DNA from: Lama glama
Taxonomy: Eukaryota
Assembly: GCA_028534125.1 (NCBI GenBank)
Contig: CM052818.1
Span: 9,798,001-9,862,000, forward strand
DNA: 64,000 bases
Direction: 5' to 3'
Shown here: in pieces, positions 39,285-52,604 of the stretch
Layout of the letters: each line of letters opens with the position of its first letter
How positions within the stretch are numbered: position 1 is the stretch's first letter
Notes under the pieces: model-generated
Seen by the model: only the letters and a program-made list of their open reading frames with translations
Databases searched by the model: none
What the model was told of the DNA's origin: nothing
Position numbers and translations under genes: made by a program

Positions 39285-40745
39285 CTTCTGGAACCTGCAG
39301 AACTAGCATCACCTGGGAATGTGTTTGACATGCACCCTAGATTTGCTGAATTGGGCGCTCTGGGGGTGGGCCCAGTAATCTGCTTCAACAAACCTTTCAG
39401 GTGATTCTGATGCGTCCTGAAATTGGAGAACTGCTCTAAAGAGTAGCAGGAAACCAATTTGGCCAATTTGGCGAACACACAAGGGATCCATTCTGAGACT
39501 AGGTGTTTTGCTGGGTAAGCTTGGGTTTTGCCCTCTGCCTCCCCTATTTGTCTTGCCCCAAATCAGACCTATACCAGTAGTTCTCAACCCTGGCTTTTAA
39601 AAATGTCTCTTCTCAGATGGGTCCCAGGCATCCAGGTGCTTCTTATGTGAGCCAGGGCTGATAAACTGTTCTATATTCAGGTACTTTTGTGGTTGAGACA
39701 GATGATTGTTAACACCTGCCCCCAGATTCTTATAGTTGTTTCCTGCAAGTCCTGTGAAGCAGAACTCAGGCCTCCTGCGACGGCTTGTCCGGGTCTAAAG
39801 GTGTTTCCTGGGGGCCGGTTTGGCCTTGCATGCAGGTACCTCTGCAGACCACAGCAAGGCTACGTCCCGCACGCACACGGGCTCGGCTCCTCCAGCTCCT
39901 CTGCTACACAGCAAGCACCAGTTCTGCTGCCCCTGCCGGAGGCCGAGCCAGAGAATGTGAGTCAATCCTTTTGTTCGGTGCACAGAAAATGTCAACAAAT
40001 GCTAGCTGTCCTTATTTTCATTATCTAAAGTGTATGGGTGCCTTTTCATTTAAGCTTACAAAATACCTGTTTGGAAAGACCAACTTGGTTGTTTTATCTT
40101 GAATTCTCTGTCCCCTCAACTTTCCTGCAAAGCCCAGGAAAGACCAGTCACATTCATGGGGGATGTTCTAAGTCAGTGGTTCTCAAAATGTGGTGTGTGT
40201 GTGGGTGTGTATGTGTGTGTGTGGTGGGCAGCAGGGCGAGGAGCAGCAAGAGTATCGGCTAGGGAATTTGTTAGACATGCAAACTCCTGTCACCAAAGAA
40301 TTTAATATAAAGGGGGCAGGAGGAAGCTTTTGGAGATAATGGATACGTTTATGTTACAGGTTGTGGTGATGGGTCCACGGATGTATATTTATCTCCAAAT
40401 TCATCAGGCTGTGTACATTAAATATCTGTGGCTTCTCCAAATTCATCAGGCTGTGTACATTAAATATCTGTGGCTTTTGTATATCAATTATATTTCCATA
40501 AAGTGGTTTGAAAATGAAAAATGCAAACTCTTGAGCCCTACCTCAGAACTTCTGTGTCAGAGACTCCGGAGGTGCGGGCCAGCCATCTGTCTGTGGTTCT
40601 GATGCTCAGGGTTAAGAACTACTGCTGTCAGCTCTGGCGGCTCAAGACTGTTAGAAACGCAGAACCTCAGGCCCCAACCCAGCTGAAAGAGTTAGAATCC
40701 CCAGGTTATTGGGATGCACATTAGAGTTTGAAAAGCGCTGCTCTA
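39285..40745. mobile_element. Cluster of MER5A/B-like MITEs (~39285-39437, 39575-39670, 40173-40625, 40640-40745)
   Basis: Repeated cagtggttctcaa, gcatcacctgggaa and ttgagaac(c/t)actg motifs. One copy is split by an L1 fragment. Confidence 0.7.
40393..40476. repeat. Perfect 42-bp tandem duplication
   Basis: ctccaaattcatcaggctgtgtacattaaatatctgtggctt at 40393-40434 and 40435-40476. Confidence 0.97.
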
Positions 40746-42639
40746 AGCTCTCTCCCTGCGTCTGCTAGGAATTAGGACACTAGAAAGGTGCATTCTTGGA
40801 CCATAGCTTCCCAGTTCCCCAGAGAAATGCCATCACAGGACGATAATTTGAGTGTAAGAAACAGATGCTTTTCTGTGTCAGTGGAAAACAATTTCTACTG
40901 CCTTTTATCCCCCTCAAATATTCATCCTGTCGATTTCCTTGAGAGTGAGAGCAAGCATGTGTGTCTGTTTCTGAGAAAGAAGTTGAAGTTTGGAAACCTG
41001 TTTGTTATGTACCTAAGTTGCCCAGACACTTAGATTTTACCTCAGTTCTAAGCAGTAGTCTTAGCCTAGGTTCTCTGATACAGCTTTCCCATCTCCATCA
41101 CGTGGTCTTTGTGTTTTAATTCTTGTTTTAACAATTCTCTTGTGGCTGCGTTTTTTTTTAATTGTAAGTAAGCTCAGGTACTGTGTGATATGATAAGAAA
41201 TAAGTGCTTGTCTGATACTTTGGAGCATCTCTGCTGATAGAAAACAGACTTCGGGAATTCAGTTAAAATCCCTTCTGCTCCATGAAGCTCTCCTGGCCGC
41301 TCTCCACCACAGCTGTAATTCATATGGCCTCAGATAACATTAGTTGTCATTATAACATATCACATGTTGCCCAATATTTTGTGAGTTAACGTTTGTAAAG
41401 TGAACACTGTAGGAACATAGTAGACCAAATTATGATGTTTACCATTACCACTATTATTGTCATTGTGTGTATGTATTTCTGTGTCATTCCAACTAGACTG
41501 TAAGCCTCTTTAGGGTGAGGAGAGGGCCTTGTTTATTGTTGGATTCCCATGTAAGCCTGGCTTATGTCACACTCACAGGAGGTTCTGACACATAACATTA
41601 AAGGGAGTATATATGCGAGTGCTTTGAAAAGGCAAACATGGTTAATTGCCATTACTGGAGCACTGGGCCTCAGCCAGTCCTCTCCAAACAGAGAAGCTGT
41701 TGTGCCAACAAGAGTGGCACATCCCTTAGCCTCAGTCCCAGAAGGCATCAGAAAAAAAAAAAAAAAGGAAGTGAAGGATAAATGTCACCAAAGTTGTCAG
41801 TGAAACTCAGTTCAGAAGAAACTCTGACCAAAACCAAAATGGAACCAACTGAAAATGTTAATGGTCATTTTTAGTAAGTCACAAGAATTTGAAGAAAGGC
41901 TATTTTAATAAGTAGAACAATTTCATTTTCCATATAGCGTAGGAAATTAAGATCTAGATGGTTTCTTTTAAATAGTCTCAGGTCTACTTTGCACCTCTCT
42001 TGCAGAAAGCAGTAGGGTTCCACCTTCAATAACTTGTCAAGGAATAAAAAGAAGCAAAGGGATAATGTCTTTAAGTATTTGTTTACAAGAGAAAAAACAT
42101 TGGATGTTATATGTGGAGTTATCCAACATAGTATGCTGGGGGGAAAATATTCAGGCAAGAGAAGAAAATTGTGTAAAGAATCAGGTCGGCAGGTTGTGTA
42201 GAAGTGGGTTCAGGTGAAACTAATGAAGCCTGAGATTTGTGGCCCCTGGCTTAGCCCCAGCGTCTTCTAAAGCCCAGAGAGGGACCCTAGCAATTTTGTG
42301 TTTATAATTTTGCATTAGTGTTCCTAAAATGGGCTTCAGGAATTGTGTAGGTTTCAGCTCTACAAAACTGGAACTGCGCCTGACAAAATGCCTCTCTATT
42401 TCTGTAGCTCTTTTCAGATTTACTTTTTTACACTTTTTTAGCTCTACCTGTCAGATAAGGTGATACAACAACTAAGGACTTTGATCATGAGGAAAAAGGT
42501 CCTCAGAGACCTGCTGAGTTGAGGGTGGTGGGGAGGTGTGGAGCAGTGAGGGGTGGAAAGAGATCACCACAGCTGAGATCAACGTGATGAAATGTAGATA
42601 GATCCCAGAACATTTTTCTGCAAGGATTATCATTGTCCT

Positions 42640-42872
42640 AGAGTAGAGACTCAACTTGACTAAATTTTCTTCCAGTAGAGGTTTGGCAATTTCTGGAGAC
42701 ATTTTTGATTGTCATGGGTGGGTTGGGGTGGGGAGGGCTGCTTGCTCCTGGCATCTAGTAGGTAGAGGCTGGAGGAGGGGTCGCTTAATGGCCTACAATA
42801 CACTGAACAGCCCTCTGCAACAGAGAACCGTCTGCCCTACAGGTCAGTAGTGCTGGTGGTGACAAATCCTGT
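42640..42872 (+). mobile_element. MER20 (hAT-Charlie)
   Basis: tttggcaatttctggagacatttttgattgtcat...ctggcatctagtaggtagagg. Confidence 0.85.
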
Positions 42873-42959
42873 TGTAGAGATGCCTTCCACTTCTGGTCAC
42901 TGACAACTCAGGTTGTCAAAATGAAATGATCAACAAACAGTATAAGGTAACTTTTTAAA

Positions 42960-43699
42960 AAATATTATTTTTTCATAGAAGTATAGTTGATTCACAGTGT
43001 TGTGTTAGTTTCAGATATACAGCATAGCCATTCAGCTATGCATATGTATATTCTTTTTCATATTCTTTACTAGGTTATTACAAGATACTGAATGTAGTTC
43101 CCTGTGCTATACAGTAGGACCTTGTTATTTATTTTTATATATAGTAGTTTGTATATACTAATTCCAAACTCTTGATTTATTCCTCATCCCCCCATCCTTT
43201 CCCCATTGAAAACCGTAAGTTTGTTTTCTGTGTCTGTGAGTCTCTTTCTGTTTTGTGAATGAGTTCATTTGTCTCACTGTTTTAGATTCCACATGTAAGT
43301 TATGTCATAGATACTAGTCTTTCTCTGACTTACTTTAGTTAGTATGATAATCTCTAGGTCTAGGTCTAGGTCTAGGTCATGTTGCTGCAAATGACATTAT
43401 TTTATTCTTTTTTATGGCTAAGTAGTATTCTGTTGTATAAATATACCACAACTTCTTTAGCCAGTCATCTGTCAATTGACATTTAGGATACTTCCATGTC
43501 TTGCCTATTATAAATGGTGCTGTGAACATTGGGGTGCATGTATCTTTTCAAATTAGACTTTTTCTCTGGCAATATGCCTAGGAGTGGGATTGCTAGATCA
43601 TATAGTAACTCTCTTTTTAGTTTTTTAAGTACTCTCCATATTGTTTTCCACAGAGGCTGCACCAAATTAAATTCCCATCAACAGTGTAGGAGGGTTCTC
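42960..43699 (-). mobile_element. 5'-truncated L1 with ORF2 C-terminal remnant
   Basis: 15-bp TSD aggtaactt(t/c)ttaaa at 42945-42959 and 43700-43714. Encodes [30 protein letters not shown], typical of the L1 ORF2 end. Confidence 0.92.
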
Positions 43700-46004
43700 A
43701 GGTAACTTCTTAAAGGCATTTTTTAGTTTGGTCTCTCCCATAAACCATTGTTTGTCACGTATCTGGCTCTTCTTTCTTTAGTAACTACTCCCCCAACCCC
43801 CTCCCAACACACATGCAAAGGCTGTTAGGACAGTGGCTCAAACTAAAACAATGGTGAAAACCAGGTTCCAGCACTGATTTTCAGAAACAGGGAGTTCCTC
43901 CTATAGTAGCCTCAACACTGCAGGAGAATCAGATGCCCTGGAGTGGTGCTTTATTGTACAAATCCTGATCAAGAGACCAGCTTCCCTAAAACTAAAACAG
44001 AATCTGTCATTTCCCTTGACAAGGCATGGAGGCAGTGCCTGGAAACATCCACACCTTGAAAATGCTGATCCCACTCCCAGGCTGCTGAGCTCTTCTAGCT
44101 CAAGTCCCAACGATGCCAGTGGACTGCCCCAATTCCTACCCTCTGATCTCAGCTGGTCCTCACTGCCTTTTGGCCTTCCTTCTAGTCCCCTTCTAACTGT
44201 GTCTCTTATTCCCATGGCTACTCACTTCCCCCAAGGCCCCACACCATTCTCTCCCCATTTCCCTTCTGCAGATGCCCTTGCCTCGTGCTTTCCAGAGATG
44301 AGTAACAAAGTAATCAGAGCTGGTGTCGTTCGTGTAGCAGCCATGGGCACTGGGCTGGTGCAGTACGCACGGCATGCTTCATCTGCAAGATCAGTGTCCA
44401 TGACCCTGCCTTGCAGATGATGAAACCAGAGCTCAAAGGGGCCTCCAACTTCCTCCAAGTCACAGTGCAGGCATTTGATCCTAGCACTCCCCATCTCCGG
44501 GATGAACTCCTTTTACTTCTATCTTCTCCACTGAAAATATGTCTCTGTCTTGATTCCTGGGTCTGGGAAGAAGACAGGATCTTTCAACCCAAAGTTTCCT
44601 CCTCCATCTTGATCTCGATCTCCTCCTTCTCTCACTGAACTTTACTCCTTTAACTGTCCCCCTTCTCTCTCTCATGGAGCTCAGTCCCTCCTCCCTACAA
44701 ATGCATTCATTCTGCCCTGCTTCACCAGGACCCTTCTGCCTCACCTGCTGCCTCCGCTTCACTGTTAACTTGTCAGTGTGGCCATCTCTTCTGCTGCCTC
44801 ATGTGCTCCTTGGCCTGTCCCATCGCCTATTCCATGAGCAAAAGCTCGCTCCCTTCCCCGGCTCTGTGTGTCTTTGGCTCCCCTCTGCTCCATCCTGGAT
44901 GGGCACGATGTCCACCTCCTACCCTGTTGTTTCTCAGTGCCTGGGACAGTGCCCTGAATAGCAAGGGTGAAGGTGATGACCTCACCTTCAGAACTGGGCA
45001 GAAATCAGACCAACACTTCCCAGGGGCCAGGGAGATGGCTGAAGCAGGGCTCCCAGGGAAATTCCTTTGGGCTGGAGTTATGTTCATCAGAATGACGACA
45101 CACTCTTGCCATTTTTAGAGCAGTGATTACCAAATGGAAATACCCTATTTCACCAGAGACTGAGACCCAAAGTCACTAGCTTAATATCTAAATGTCATTC
45201 ACCTCTTCACTGTAACTGAGGCTCTGAGAAAGAGAGACACATGACTACATGCTAGGGGATTCAATTCCTGTTTTTCCTTCCTGTTTGTCCTCTGCTAAAA
45301 TAAAAAAAGAAATACCTAAAAGAAACTTATTGGTTTTGTTATCCTGATAATATAGTATTAATGCATCTGTGGAGATAAAGTTAAATGAAACAATAAATGG
45401 TTTTTGAGCTGTTGGCATCAAATGTCATCAGGTTTTAAAAGACAAGTAAATAACAGCTAAGCACTAAATCTGTATTTGATGGCAAAGATCCTTTCTCTGG
45501 GTAATTCCATTCTTATACCCTCTCCACTAAAATGTCTATAGGAATTTCCATATGTTGGTATTAGTAAGCTTTGTCTAATTTTCATCCATCTGTCTATTGG
45601 TTCATTCATTAATTCAACAAATATTTATCAAAACTGTGTGCTCAGTCCTCAGACACAATAGATGCAGTGCCTGTCCTCAGGGAATATAGTCAAATCTGGC
45701 ACTTACAATTCAATATGTTAGGTTTTGGATATGAGAAATGTGGGGTATAGTAGGAATATTTTCACATATACTCACCCCAGACTTGGGAGTGGCTGATCAG
45801 GGACAGTTTCCAGGAAAAAGTAATTTCTAAGGTAAAACCTGAGTGTGTTAGGTGAAGGTGGAGGGGATGAAATTGGAGGGGTTGTCAAATGAGAGAGAGT
45901 TTTAGGGAACCGAAAATAAGTCACTCTCAGTAGATCAGAGAAGAGAAAAATGAAGAGAGATTATCATTCTCATCCTAGTTCAAACTTGGGTATATAAAGT
46001 GGCT

Positions 46005-46125
46005 ACCATTATTATCCCCATTTTGCAGATGTGGAAACAGGCACTGAGAAATTAAAATAAATTGCCTAGGGTCACCTAGCTAGTGTGTAGCAGATCCCAA
46101 CAAAACCCAGTATCTCTGACCTTAA
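46005..46125 (-). mobile_element. MIR SINE
   Basis: attatccccattttgcagatgtggaaacaggcactgaga...ttgcctagggtcac. Confidence 0.8.
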
Positions 46126-46589
46126 CTGACAAAACACTGCCTTTGAGATATTTTCCAAACTTCCTCCCAGCGATGATTTGGAGACTCCAGGAGAAAAAAG
46201 TAGATTGAGGCAGTGATTTTATATTTAGTATGGAGTCTGAGTGGAAGTCTTAATCAAAGAAAGCCTGCCCTCCCCTGTCTGCTCCCCTCTGTAAATCAGA
46301 TTAAGGTAGAGGTATTGCTCTTCTAAGGGGAATTTTCACTTAAATGGAGGAGGGGCCAACAAGTTTTGAGCACCCTAACAAGTAGGGTGGGTGGAGGGAG
46401 ACATTTTGGGGTAGAGGCCCAACCTGTACCCCCCCGGGAATGAGGAGGTAGTACATAAGGGACTACCTAGTCATACAAGTGGAGGCATCTTTTTGGCCTA
46501 GAAGAGTTAGTATGAATCACTAAACTCTTACTTTTCTTGTGGGGAATGACTTAGGTTCTTAAAAGTTGCACATTTTAGAAATTCTTTTC

Positions 46590-46690
46590 CCAAGAATATG
46601 AAAACGAATGTATGTATGTATATGTATGACTGAAACATTATTTTGTACATCAGAAGTTGATACATTATAACTAACTATACTAATTTTAAA
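46590..46690 (+). mobile_element. Short L1 3' end (camelid type)
   Basis: aagaatatgaaaacgaat...atgactgaaacatta...ttataactaactatact. Confidence 0.7.
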
Positions 46691-49538
46691 CGTTTTTTCC
46701 CCCTCTCCAATTATTAATGACATAAGTGAAAATTACTCAGGTTGACTCAAGGAGTAAGTTGGCTAATATATTCAGAGTTAGCTGAGTGTTCTTTAATTCA
46801 GCGACCGATGTGGAACAAACAGCTTCATATTCCTTAAGGCGGAAACCTGAAAGGGTATAATCCCATAAACTTTGCAACAAAGACTTCAAAGTGGTAAACT
46901 ATGTGGACAGTACACTCAAGCTTGGAGCTTGGTGATTCGACTTTCCAAGACCAGATAATCTTACAGTTACCTACCAATTAGATTAAAATTTGAGACTATG
47001 AGAAATCTAACACATTTTTCATGACTAATTTTTCCTAGAATAAATATATTGCAGTTTGAAAAGTACGGTATATCACCCTTGAATAAAATGCTCTCTTTTC
47101 CTGTTTCATCTCAGTTGCCTATTTCCTTCTCGAGAGAGTAGACAAGGATGAGTAATATTTCTAGCTACTGAGACTGGCTTGAGTTAAAATGCCCATTCCA
47201 AGACCTCTTGTAAAAGGATGAGGACTGAGAGTTATTTTCCATGTTTATTTCCAACACTAGTGAAGTTGATGGTTTGTGAGTGTCTAGTTGGTTGGATTTG
47301 AAAAAGAGCTTTGGAGAAGCATATGGCAGTGATGCCCAAGGTGAATGGGAAAATGTTGGATTAGTTAGTTGCCTGAGTAGAGAAGACGTGTGTGTTTCAT
47401 ACCCATGTGTATACCACTACCTAGGGAATGCAGAGTCATGTGGAAATTGGATATGGTTTATCAACCAGGCATCTCTACTTAAACCATTCCCTACCCCTCA
47501 TCAAAAACTAGACAGTAATCTTCCTGGCCCTTTCCCCACTACTAAAAACTCGTTGCACTTGGCCAGATCTGATTTTGCTATTTCTCTCAGGTACATGGAT
47601 AGAGAGCTTGGTTAAGAACTTCTGCTTATTGAATTATTGTATAGATAATTGATTCATCATCTTGAAAAATAACACTTTTTTTCCCCCACTGGGACATAGG
47701 CTGTCCCTGCCCTTCAGATACATACTGTAATCAGAAACACAGTCATCACCAATGAGCCTTTAACCTTAAAGAGAAAAAACTTGTTTCTCTCTTGCCATTG
47801 GGTCTGCTTGTCACAGAAGCTAGAAAATGTATGATGTGGCACTTCTGCCTTGGGGGTCATTGAGAGAGTGATTGATTGGAGGAGGGGAAGAAGGGAAGTG
47901 AACAACTAAACAGACTCAACTCTGTCCAAGCAAATGACTAAATGACTCCAACTGTGACCAAGTCGGTGGCTCTGGGAGTACTTGAACAATGAGCGTGCAC
48001 GGTGGTTCACATTCCACATACATTTATTCATTCAAACAACGGAGCTTTTAGGAGCTGTGCAGTCTTAGGGGAAGACACAAATTTAGGACTCACCCCAAAG
48101 TGGGCGCAGCATAAGTGCCGAGAAGACCTGAGGCTCATCTACAGTCAGTAGTTGCTTCCTCTTTTAACATGAGCCAGTAGATGGAGTTATTTTCCCTGGG
48201 CCTCAACTGGCCTATATTAGTAAACTATAAAGAAATAAACTTAAAATGACTTTGACAAGAGGAGATTTATCAGAAGGCTCATGTAACAGTAAAAAAAAAA
48301 AAAGGCTCAACAACTCAGCCACAGGAAGGGCAGGGAGGGTATCAGATATGAAGGAACCAGGAAAACCCTCCCTCATCCCCCCCCAAAGCGTTGTCTCTGG
48401 CTGACTCTCTGTAGAGAGGCTCTCTCCTGTCTCTCTGCAGGTAGGGGTCGTCCCCACCATGGTGGTGCCACAGCCTCATTTCCCAGCTTCCATCCCTCTT
48501 TCGCTGTCTTGACAGGCTCAGCCTCTTAGCTGGCCATCAAATGTTGGAGTTCCTCGATGCTCTTTCGTAGGTCCTCTGACTTCCTCCCCCAAAGATCTTA
48601 TTCATGCCCACAGTTTCAATCACCATCTTTTGGGAACTAATTAATATGGGGACTTAGAGGGTTCCCGTATTTATTCTCCAACACAGGCCTTTCTCTAAGC
48701 TCTAGGCCCATGTATCCAAATGCCTACCTGGCATCTATGCTTTGGTATCTCAAAGGCATCTGAAACTTTTTCCTTCTTTCTTGGTAACAAAATCCCCATG
48801 TTGTTGGAAGTGGCAATGTATCTCGCTGAAAAGACTACTTTTTTTCAGCTTCCCTATGCAGTCAGGGAATGGACAAGGAGAGATACGTGGAAGTAATTAA
48901 GTTGAGGCTTCTAGGGAAAATCCTTTACAAAAAGCTGACTCAGCTAGAAGTTTTGCCCTTTTTGCCCTGATGTATTCCTCCTCCTTCTGTCTGAAATGTG
49001 GTTGTGATAGCTGGTTGCTAGCGCAGTCATCTTGAGAATATGAGAAGAACTTAAAGATGTAAACAGCAGAGAAAATGGTGGCAGAAGCCTGTGATAAAAA
49101 TGCCTACTTTCTATCTAGAACTTTTAGGTGAGAAATGATAAATTTCTGTCTTACTATTATAGGTCCCTATAACTAGAACCAAACACAATTCCTAACACAT
49201 AGTGATCTTTTGATGCGCCTCCATTCTTATCTGGCACCAGGCCCCACTCCACCCTTCTCCCTCTTCTCAAGTCATGCTGTCCTCTCTCCTGCCACTTGGT
49301 CTTCCACATGCCACTCCCAGTGCCTAGATCTCAGCTCAGCCATCACTTCCTCAGGGAAGCCAGGCTTGACCAACTTTACCAGGTCAGTTCTTCCATCATA
49401 GGCTCTCAGAGTACTACCAGCCTCTTCTTTGTACTAACTGTCCCCATTTGTCATTTTACATTCTAGTGGAAGGGACTCATATCTGTCCTTCCTACTAGTT
49501 GGTAAGCTCCATGGAGGCAGGGCTCTGTCCTGTCCTTT

Positions 49539-49712
49539 TTTTTCTTTTGATAAGAAACTACATTTCTTTGGAATCTTTTTTTTAATATACATTTTTGGGG
49601 GAGGAAGAGATAATTAGGTTTATTTATTTTTAGAGGAGATACTAGGGATTGAACCCCAGACCTCGTGCATGCTAAGCATGTGCTCTGTCACTGAGCTATA
49701 CCCTCCCTGCTG
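49539..49712 (-). mobile_element. Camelid tRNA-derived SINE
   Basis: Antisense gggagggtatagctcagtgacagagcacatgcttagcatgcacgaggtctggggttcaatccc. TSD tgtccttt. Confidence 0.88.
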
Positions 49713-51416
49713 TGTCCTTTCCTTTTATTACCATTATATCCTTTATACCTAAGCACAGTTTTATAATAAGTACTCATTCCCAAAAAGGAAAATGAATGCA
49801 CCCGAAAGGAGTTACTCAGGTCTCTGGTCCATATTTTAAAAATCATAGGGAAGAATTCTGCTGGTTTAGTTAGGGCCCATTTTACCTCAGGCCAAGAACA
49901 GGGTCTATAAGAACACAGTATTTACACCAGAGAAATGGGCAAACAAATCACCTGTTTGGATTAGAGAAAGGAATGATCCCAAATGAAGGGGAAAGGGGAT
50001 AGGTACATGTAACAATAAATGTTACAATGTTAAGGCCATCTTTCATGCTTATTGTAACCTGATTTTACCTGGAGGGAAAGAAGGAGGAAGGAGGGTTCAC
50101 AATACAATTTGACTCAGGCTTGCGTGTCCTGAGAGGGGATCTGGTCCCCAAACTATTGTGTGTAATAGAGGGACCACCTTGGTACCTTCCCTCAGGGTCT
50201 ATTCTCCATTCATTGTCAATAGATTATGACAAAAAGAATGAAAATTCTTTTTTTTTAATTCTTGTTTTATCCAATTTTATGACTTTGATTTAATTAAACA
50301 AACATTTAAATATATTTTAAATGTTCACTTAACTCAAAGTCCTTCCCCTTCTGACCCCTGCTGCCCTTTCTGACTTCCTCCTATTTCTCGATGCCTGAGC
50401 TCAGCCCTGCCTCAGGGACTTTGCACCACTGTTCCCTCTGCCTGGAACTCTCAGTTCCCAGATCTTGGCAAGCTTGGCTTCTGGGGAGGCCGAGCCAGCA
50501 GGGCTGCTGTGCATACCTCTGCAGTTTGTACACTGCATTAAGGTGCTGGACTAAGTGCTCAAGTTCACTTCCAGTGCTGCCCACCAAGCCGTGTGCTCTG
50601 AGGAAGAGGTGTATTTTTCTTCACCAAAGAGTATCCTGTAGCAAATCAAAGGGTCTTTGGGGTTGCATCTGGCCAGAGGGGAGATCTTTGTCTAATTTAT
50701 GCACAAGCCAGGTAAGGCTAGTGGTGGCCTGTGCCTACAGGGCCTCCTCATTAGAGCTGGAAAATGCTCTCCTCTCCTGGATGATGACCCTGTGGCTAAA
50801 CTGACACTGATGCTGAAAGCCATGAAGCTGACTGAGGGTGCAGGAGAGAGCACAGTGGGGCGATCCTGGATGAGAGCTCTGGCTCTGCCCGTGTCGGGGC
50901 TGTTTTGGTTTAGTCTCTTCTTCACATCGTGTACTTCATTGTTCCACAGTATATACTGAGCTCCTATTCTGTGCTAGGAAGGGGTTCATGGGGACCATGC
51001 TCTGCGCTTTGGGAAGTCAGACTAGAGAGAAGGAGATACAGGTCAAATAATCACATCGGTGACAATTAACATCAAACCATGATGCCCAGGATGGAGAAGG
51101 TGGGTCGGGTTTTGATAGCTCGAGGTAGGAGGATTGGGAAGACTTCCTTGAGGAAGTGACTCAAGCTGAGAATGGAAGGATGGATGGGTTGGAGGTGACG
51201 GGGCAGAGAAAGGGTGGGACCGGATGTGGAAGGTAGCCTGATCCAGAGAAGAGCAGAGCCCTGGGCCTCCCTCTGAGAGCAGGTCACTCTAGTGCCCTAA
51301 GGTGTTTCAAACAATGCTTTTTGGCTTTTAAGAATAACTTGTTACTATGTTATCACTGAGGCAACGTTTGCAGATCATTCTGGTAAGTCATCTTTCTGGC
51401 TGCGGAGAGCAAGACT

Positions 51417-51622
51417 TGGCGGTGTGCTGGAGCAGGCTCCTTTCTGCTTGCGGGAGCTGATGGTACACATCTCTGCCCAGCTCCACACTCAGTGACATAG
51501 CATTGCTAGGTTGAAATTGGTTATTGGGGGAGTATTTACACCAGAGAAGTGGGCAAACAAATCAGGGCTGTTTTTTTTTTCTCTCGAAGAGCCGATGTTA
51601 AACATTTAGTGGCATGCCACTG
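51417..51622 (+). mobile_element. MER53-like hAT MITE
   Basis: ggtgtgctggagc...gggagtatttacacca...gagccgatgttaaacattta...ccactg, with inverted termini. Confidence 0.75.
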
Positions 51623-52604
51623 AGCATGAACCCCTTCTCAGCCCTAGAGAAGTTACCCAGTTTCACAGAGAAATGTAAGTTTTCTTGAAAGGTTGGATTT
51701 ATGGCACAGTGACTTGGTGGCCTTTGCATTCTGTCTGAGATAGCTAGAAAAAGAGACCGCTGTCCTACTAGAGATTGGAGTGTGATTTCTGTCACTCATG
51801 AGTGTTTCTTGGCAGTTGACTTTCAAGAAGCAGAACCTCATAAATGCTGTAACTTGAGGGTAATAGAGGTGGTCAGACTGGGCCAGTCTGCACTGCTTGC
51901 CGACTCCCTTCATGGTTGGAGACTGTTACCAGGTCCAGGGGGCAAATAGTAAGAGCACCCAAGACCTCATTTCCTCCCCTCTGTGGATAAGCAGTTGGTT
52001 CACAGCACAGGGCAAATACAGATTATGGATGTAAGTCACTCCCCTGCTTTCTACCACCATAGTCATAGTTTGGGAGGGCTTGATGCAGATGGTGAATCTC
52101 CTGACTCCTGACACAGTCATCCTCCTCACAGCATCCCACCCAGTGCCTGGCACACAGGCCACCTCTCTCTGGACACTGGCTTTTGAATCAATGCATCCCA
52201 TGAAAGAGAACTCATAAAGTTTACAGAGCAAGATCCTCTCCTCACTCCAGGCCTTTGTTTGTCCTCATGCTTGCCTTTCTGATAGCTTCCATTTATGCTG
52301 CTAAACTCAGCTCAGGGAACTCTGAGAAGTCTTCCCTCGTCCCTGGAGACCAGGGTGCCTGCACTGTGGAGGGTATCCCCAGTTCCTGTGCTCCCAGGTC
52401 CTTCTACCCACTCCGTCTCCTGTGAGTGTCTACATCTCATTCATCCTTCCAGACCTGGCTCCCGCCCAGTGTTTGGTATGAAATATGCCCAATAAATACT
52501 TAATGTGCAAACGAGGAGCTGAAGCTAGTGCAAACAAGAACTTAGACTTCTGGAAAGATTGGAGAAAGCCACACTTAACAAGCTCCCTCAGCATGTCAGG
52601 CATA

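Noticed and set aside
43353..43378. (tctagg)n hexamer run
   Set aside because: Local expansion of a native L1 motif; no evidence of function.
43483..43665. 60-aa ORF with protein-like sequence
   Set aside because: Degenerate L1 ORF2 C-terminus inside a truncated L1, not a host gene.
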